Origin: an uncultured Verrucomicrobiae bacterium
Lineage (GTDB): Bacteria > Verrucomicrobiota > Verrucomicrobiia > Opitutales > JABDGR01
Assembly (NCBI GenBank): GCA_963765205.1
Contig: CAVXVB010000009.1
Coordinates: 512,001 to 576,000 of the forward strand
DNA length: 64,000 nucleotides
Direction of reading: 5' to 3'
In this document: positions 58,517-64,000 of the stretch, one piece after another
Layout: every line of letters begins with the position of its first letter
Numbering within the stretch: the stretch's first letter is position 1
Made by a program: the position numbers and the translations under genes
Notes under the pieces: model-generated
Told to the model about the DNA's origin: nothing
What the model saw: the letters and a program-made list of their open reading frames with translations, nothing else
Database searches by the model: none

Positions 58517-59818
58517 TCATTCCTCGCCGAGCAGTTCCGGCGGCATGTTTTTTTCGTCGAGGCGCTCGATGACCGCGCCGAGGCCGCGCAGTTTTTCATC
58601 GAATTTTTCGTAGCCACGGTCGAGGTGGTAAACGCGCCGCACCCACGTCTCGTCATTCGCGTGCAGGCCGGCGAGGATGAGGGCCGCGCTGGCCCGCAAG
58701 TCCGACGCCATCACCATCGCGCCCGACAGGCGGGTGCGTCCTTTGATGATGGCGCTCGGGCCCTCAATGGCGATGTCCGCGCCCATGCGCTGCAATTCCG
58801 ACACATACATGAAGCGGTTCGGGTAAACGCGCTCGGTGACGATGCTCAGGCCCGGCGTGACGGCGAGCAGGGCGCACATCTGCGCCTGTAAATCGGTTGG
58901 GTAACCGGGGTGGGGCAGCGTGATGATGTCCACCGGGCGCACTTTCAAATTGGTCGCGTTCACGCGCAGTTGGTCCGGCCCTTCGATGGTCACGGCGATG
59001 CCGGCTTCATCGAGTTTGTCGAAAAACGCGCCGAGGTGCTGGGCGTTCGCGCCGATCACCGTCACGTCGCCGCGCGTGATGGCGGCGGCAACCAGCCAGG
59101 TGCCCGCTTCAATGCGATCAGGGATGACGCGGTGGCGCGCGCCGCGCAGGCGGTCCACGCCTTCTACGGTCAAAACGTGGGTGCCGATGCCGTCAATGCG
59201 CGCGCCCATCGCCACGAGCATCCGGCACAAATCTTCGATTTCTGGCTCGCAGGCGGCGCTGTCAATGCGGGTGACGCCCGGTGCCAGCGTGGCGGCCATG
59301 ACCAGGTTGGCCGTGCCGGTCACGGTGCTGCCCTGGCGACCGCCCAGAAAAACTTCCGCGCCGCGCAAGCTGGCCCCGTCCACATGCAGGTAGCCTTTTT
59401 TCATGCGCACGCCGCAGCCGAGGCTCTTCAAGCCCTTGACGTGCAGGTCAATCGGTCGCGGGCCGATGTTGCAGCCACCCGGTTGCGACACCACGGCCTT
59501 GCGCAGCCGGGCGATCAACGGCCCGAGCAGCAGGACGCTCGCGCGCATTTTGCTCACGAGCTTGTGCGGCGCGAAGTGGCCGATTTTGCGCGCGGTGATT
59601 TGCCAGGTGTGCGCATCGAGCCGTGCCACCTGCGCGCCGAGTTCCGTGAGGATTTCGCCCATGAAGCGCACGTCGCTCAGGTCGGGCACGTTTTCGAGCA
59701 CGCACGTCTCTTCGGTCAGCAGCGTGGCCGCGAAAATCGGCAGGGCGGCGTTTTTCGCGCCGCTGACGGAAATTTGGCCGCGCAGCGGGCGGCCACCTTG
59801 TATGCGCACGACATCCAT
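58517..59818 (-). CDS. murA: UDP-N-acetylglucosamine 1-carboxyvinyltransferase
   Basis: SGAKNAALP, GGCNIGPRPIDLH, PDRIEAGT, SDLRA, HLDRGY. Confidence 0.96.
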   Translation of the reverse strand: MDVVRIQGGRPLRGQISVSGAKNAALPIFAATLLTEETCVLENVPDLSDVRFMGEILTELGAQVARLDAHTWQITARKIGHFAPHKLVSKMRASVLLLGPLIARLRKAVVSQPGGCNIGPRPIDLHVKGLKSLGCGVRMKKGYLHVDGASLRGAEVFLGGRQGSTVTGTANLVMAATLAPGVTRIDSAACEPEIEDLCRMLVAMGARIDGIGTHVLTVEGVDRLRGARHRVIPDRIEAGTWLVAAAITRGDVTVIGANAQHLGAFFDKLDEAGIAVTIEGPDQLRVNATNLKVRPVDIITLPHPGYPTDLQAQMCALLAVTPGLSIVTERVYPNRFMYVSELQRMGADIAIEGPSAIIKGRTRLSGAMVMASDLRASAALILAGLHANDETWVRRVYHLDRGYEKFDEKLRGLGAVIERLDEKNMPPELLGEE

Positions 59819-59836
59819 GGCAAAAAAGCGTCAGCG

Positions 59837-60946
59837 CTATTCCGGCCGGCGGTCGCCCCGGCGCTCGCCGCGGCTGTCGCCGCGGGGCTGGTCGTGGGAC
59901 TGGCGGCCTTGGCTGCCGCGATGGTGGCGATGATGCCCGTGGCGGTGGTGCGCGCCGTCGTCACTGCGGCCGTCGCCGTGCCTGGAGTGGCGCTCGCTGT
60001 CTGAATCATCTTCGTTGTCGCGTGCGGAAACCTCCCGCACTTTGGCGGGCACCGGGTCGCCAGTGAAAATCCGCTTGATGAAGCCAAGCAGTCCGCGGGA
60101 TTTGGCTTTCGGCGCGTCCTCGGAGGACGCCACATGCGCCGAGATGGTCGCGTTGGGTTTTGGTTTCACGTGCTCGCGCTTGCTTGATTTCGCGGCGGGT
60201 TCCCGGCGGCGGGACTCGTGCTCGTGTTTGACATGCACGGATTTGTCGGGCGCGCGGCCAAAAGCGGAGGGCGTGTATTCCTCCACCGGCACGGGCTTGG
60301 CCGTTTCCGTGCGCAGGCGGCGCGGCGCGGCGTCGGCCGGGTCGGGCTTCAATGCGACATAGTGGTCGCGTTCGCTGCGTCCATCCTGGGGCGGACGGTT
60401 CGAAGGCGGGCGATGAGACGCGGGCGATTCGCGACGCGGTTCGGAGGAAATTTCGCGTGGGCGCGGCGCGGGTGGCTCCCGGCGGGGTTCTTCGGCAGCT
60501 TCGCGCGAACGCGACGGGGCGCTGGGATAATCGCGGGGCGCTGGACGGGAAATGGGGGCGGCTTCCGCGCGCGGTGGCGGCGAAGGAGCTTGCCAAACCG
60601 GCGCGGCTTCCGCACGCGGGCGCGACTCATACTGGGGCGGCTCCGACCAGCGGGTTTCGCTCGACGACTCAACCCGCGAGGACGGCGCAACGGGTGCGGG
60701 CGGGGAAACCGGCCGGGGTGCGGGCGCGTCCTCGCGCTCATAACCTTTTACATGCTGGCCGGAAAGTGATTCGCGCGCGCTGGCAACGTCGGTGACCTCA
60801 CCGCACGCGGCCGGGGTCGCCGCCTTTTGGGCCACCGCGCCGACGCTGGGGGCGCGTTTCCAACGGCTCTTCAGGTTGGAGGTCCGGGTTGAGGCGGAAG
60901 GTGGGTTGGCCGGTGTCGAGGCGGGTTGGGGCGTGTCTGAATTCAT
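59837..60946 (-). CDS. Low-complexity, probably disordered Pro/Arg/Ser-rich protein
   Basis: Fills the murA-aspS gap; GLLGFIKRIF amphipathic helix; basic/His-rich tail. Confidence 0.65.
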   Translation of the reverse strand: MNSDTPQPASTPANPPSASTRTSNLKSRWKRAPSVGAVAQKAATPAACGEVTDVASARESLSGQHVKGYEREDAPAPRPVSPPAPVAPSSRVESSSETRWSEPPQYESRPRAEAAPVWQAPSPPPRAEAAPISRPAPRDYPSAPSRSREAAEEPRREPPAPRPREISSEPRRESPASHRPPSNRPPQDGRSERDHYVALKPDPADAAPRRLRTETAKPVPVEEYTPSAFGRAPDKSVHVKHEHESRRREPAAKSSKREHVKPKPNATISAHVASSEDAPKAKSRGLLGFIKRIFTGDPVPAKVREVSARDNEDDSDSERHSRHGDGRSDDGAHHRHGHHRHHRGSQGRQSHDQPRGDSRGERRGDRRPE

Positions 60947-61176
60947 CCGAAAAATTGGAAAGGGAACCGACGGGCGTCGAACCGGGTCGGTGCGCGCCGC
61001 TCGGCGTTTGCCCAAGAAAAATGCCGGGTTTCCCGAACGGCGGCAATCCTAATTTTCAATGGACCGTCTTGCAATGGGCGGTCCGTCATGTGCATAAAAC
61101 TTCGACCCGGGGGATTTCAGGCTTGTCCCCGCGCGCCGGGGCCGCTTTGTTGGACGGTTTCCCCCCTTCCTCGGAC

Positions 61177-62979
61177 ATGCAACGAACCCACCATTGCGGC
61201 GAACTGACTCAAACCAACGCCGGGTGCGACGTCACCCTCGTCGGCTGGATTAACGCCGTGCGCGACCACGGCGGCCTCGTGTTTGTGGACCTGCGTGACC
61301 GCGAGGGCCTCACCCAAATCGTGCTTGACCCGCAAAACGCCGCGATGGCTGCGGTGTTGCCTTCGTTGCGCGATGAATCCGTCATCCAGGTCGCCGGCCG
61401 CGTCAAACCGCGCCCGGTCGAGACCATCAATGTCAAGCTGGCCACCGGCCATATTGAGGTCGAGGCGCAGAAAATCACCATTCACAACGTCTGCGCTACG
61501 CTGCCTTTTCCGCTCGAAGATGAGAAGGCCGAAAAAGTCAACGAAGACCTCCGCCTGACTTACCGTTACCTCGACCTGCGCCGCCCGCAGAGCCTCGCCC
61601 TGCTCAAGCTCCGCCACCGCGCCGCGCAAACCGTCCGCCGCTACCTGGACGAACAGGGTTTTCTCGAAGTCGAGACGCCGATTTTGTTCAAAAGCACGCC
61701 CGAGGGCGCGCGCGAGTTTCTGGTGCCCAGCCGCCTCAACCCCGGCCAGTTTTACGCGCTCTCGCAATCCCCGCAGCAATACAAGCAAATCCTGATGGTC
61801 GCCGGCGTCGAGCGCTACTACTCGCTCGCGAAATGTTTCCGCGACGAGGACCTGCGCGCCGACCGCCAGCCGGAATTTACGCAGATTGACCTCGAAATGT
61901 CCTTCATTGAGCGCGGCGACATTTACGCCCTCATCGAAGGGATGCTCCAGCGCGTCTGGAAAGCCGTGCTCGACCGCGACATCCCCACGCCGTTCCCGCG
62001 CCTCGCCTTCCGCGACGCCATGAACCGCTTCGGCGTGGACAAGCCCGACACGCGCTTCGGCCTCGAATTGGTTGACCTGTCCGACGTTTTCAAGGGTTCG
62101 ACGTTCAAGGTTTTTTCCGGCGCGGTGGCGGCCGGCGGCGTGGTCAAGGCCTTCAACGCGAAGGGTTTGGCCGACATCACGCAGGGCGAAATTAAAAACC
62201 TGGAAGACATCGCCAAAACGCTCGGCGCCAAGGGCCTCGCTTTCATTCGGTCTGAAAAAGGCGAATTGAAATCGCCCATCCTGAAATTTTTCTCGGAAAC
62301 GGAAAAAGCGGAGCTGGCGAAACGCTTGCAAATTGAGGAAGGCGACATCGTCTTTTTCGCCGCCGCCGGTTGGGACCGCGCCTGCGCCATCCTCGGGCGC
62401 ACGCGCCTCGAAGCCGCCGCGCTGCTCGAAGCCCGTGGCCGCCTCGTCATCCCGCGCGACCAGTATAATTTCCTCTGGGTCGTGGATTTCCCCCTCATGT
62501 CCTACGACGAGGCGGAAGGCCGCTACCTCGCCACGCACCACCCGTTTACCTCGCCGGTGGCCGAGGACGTCGCGCTGCTCGACACCAACCCCAAGGAAGT
62601 GCGCGGCCAGCACTACGACGTGGTGCTCAACGGCGTCGAACTCGGCGGCGGCAGCATCCGCATCCACCAGCCCGACGTGCAAAAAAAGATTTTTGAGGAC
62701 GTGCTGAAAATTCCCGCCGACCTCGTCGAAAGCCGCTTCGGCTACCTCCTGCGCGCCTTCCAGTTCGGCGCGCCCCCGCATGGCGGCATCGCGCTTGGTT
62801 TCGACCGCCTCTGCGCCATCCTCGGCCACCGCGGCAGCATCCGCGACGTGGTCGCCTTCCCGAAAACCCAGCGCGGCCAGGATCTCATGACCATGTCCCC
62901 CGGCGCCGCCACCCCCCGCCAGCTCAAGGACGCCCACATCGCCGTCACTGTTGAGGTGGAAACGCAAAGTAAAGCGTAG
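61177..62979 (+). CDS. aspS: Aspartate-tRNA ligase (likely non-discriminating)
   Basis: MQRTHHCG, RDHGG, FRDEDLRADRQPEF, PPHGGIALG. Confidence 0.96.
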   Translation: MQRTHHCGELTQTNAGCDVTLVGWINAVRDHGGLVFVDLRDREGLTQIVLDPQNAAMAAVLPSLRDESVIQVAGRVKPRPVETINVKLATGHIEVEAQKITIHNVCATLPFPLEDEKAEKVNEDLRLTYRYLDLRRPQSLALLKLRHRAAQTVRRYLDEQGFLEVETPILFKSTPEGAREFLVPSRLNPGQFYALSQSPQQYKQILMVAGVERYYSLAKCFRDEDLRADRQPEFTQIDLEMSFIERGDIYALIEGMLQRVWKAVLDRDIPTPFPRLAFRDAMNRFGVDKPDTRFGLELVDLSDVFKGSTFKVFSGAVAAGGVVKAFNAKGLADITQGEIKNLEDIAKTLGAKGLAFIRSEKGELKSPILKFFSETEKAELAKRLQIEEGDIVFFAAAGWDRACAILGRTRLEAAALLEARGRLVIPRDQYNFLWVVDFPLMSYDEAEGRYLATHHPFTSPVAEDVALLDTNPKEVRGQHYDVVLNGVELGGGSIRIHQPDVQKKIFEDVLKIPADLVESRFGYLLRAFQFGAPPHGGIALGFDRLCAILGHRGSIRDVVAFPKTQRGQDLMTMSPGAATPRQLKDAHIAVTVEVETQSKA

Positions 62980-63044
62980 GCGAAAATTGGGGATTCAGAG
63001 GAAATGATTGTGCCCCGATCCCAAAGGGGTGTAGAGAACGCTAT

Positions 63045-63669
63045 ATGAAGCCTAAAAACTTCATCTTGATTGCCCTGGTCGTCGCCATCGTGTGCCTCGG
63101 CCTCTGGTGGTTCACGCGGCCAACTGCGGCAATCCCGGAAAAAAAATGTGGAAGCGCCAATGGCAACCAAGACCGATGCACCCAAGGCGGTCGCGCCGCC
63201 GACTATCGCACCGCCTGCGCCGAAGTCCGACACTGAGCCAGTTGCTGCCGCGAAGGCCCCAGATCCCAACGCCGATTCAAAAACGGAGTTGAATAGCGCC
63301 ATTGCGGACATCGTGCGTTTGTATCGGGCTGGCGATTTTATGGAGGTATACCAAACTTACACCACGCCGGACAAATTAGACCCCGAGTCGATTCAAAAAG
63401 TGCAAGAATCCCTGCAAAAGCTTCAGCATGACCAGCAAGAAACCAAAAACCCGCAATTAGCACAAGCTCTGGCACAAAATCTTCAACAGATTTATGAATC
63501 TAGTGCGCAGCTTTATGAAGCTCTCGAAAACCAGACCCCAACCTTTAACACTACAGGTGACGAAGCCACCTATATGATGACAAAGGATAGCTTTGACGGC
63601 ACTCAAACCGCAACGCCCATTACCTTCATAAAAATCAATGGCAAGTGGTATCTGAAGCCTGAAAATTAG
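63045..63669 (+). CDS. Paralog of 38990-39625, frameshifted in the A8 run at 63139-63146
   Basis: MKPKNFIL start and FIKINGKWYLK end lie in different frames. Confidence 0.8.
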
Positions 63670-63739
63670 ATTTCGAACGAATACACTACCCCTTCGACGG
63701 CTTGCTTGACTTTTGAACGGTATCGGGAAAAATTCAGAC

Positions 63740-63950
63740 ACGAAGCTGGCAGATTTTCCCGAGTTGGTGCAATTATCTCCCCGGCAGCGCTTGCTGATTG
63801 CCGAGGAATTGTGGGATTTCGGCGGTGGACGACAAAATTCCCGTGCAGGTTGAACACAAAAAACTGGTTCGTTCCCGGCGCGCGGCGTATGAGCGTGGAG
63901 AGATGCCGACCGTGACGATGAGTGGATTGAAGCGATCAGTGAGACGATAG
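63740..63950 (+). pseudogene. Degenerate addiction-module antitoxin (TIGR02574-like)
   Basis: ACG in place of ATG, KLADFPELVQLSPRQRLLIAEELWD then +1 shift SAVDD...RSRRAAYERGE; not in the ORF track. Confidence 0.6.
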
Positions 63951-64000
63951 GAGCGTTTTGGCAACGATTTCTCTTCGTCTCGGGGAGCGCGACCGTCCCG

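Noticed and set aside
61117..62967. Long antisense ORFs (also 28621-30084, 52194-53759, 54593-55996)
   Set aside because: Shadow frames of GC-rich genes with no protein motifs

Overview
GC-rich bacterial chromosome segment. Gene content and repeat style suggest Verrucomicrobia/Opitutae, which is an inference. It is mostly housekeeping: bioB/bioA, a moxR-DUF58-batABCDE operon, ribE, rho, asd, trpE, a sigma-70 factor, a family-B DNA polymerase, hsp20, cardiolipin synthase, an SPFH protein, a GH29 fucosidase, pyrE-tyrA-aroA, a DUF2339/sigma-54 activator operon, tRNA-Arg(CCG), sthA, a CE12-like esterase, ClC/MarR, murA and aspS. Small accessory pieces are interspersed: several HicA/HicB genes, toxin-antitoxin and HNH remnants, a two-copy paralog family and a tRNA-linked islet. 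The most striking non-coding structure is a set of inverted heptamer-repeat arms starting at operon-internal stop codons. One pair encloses a four-helix-bundle (IVS-protein/Avd-like) gene and another is empty between tyrA and aroA. About eight genes carry isolated 1-2 nt frameshifts, most simply explained as assembly indels. I found no CRISPR array, rRNA, intact transposase or integrase.
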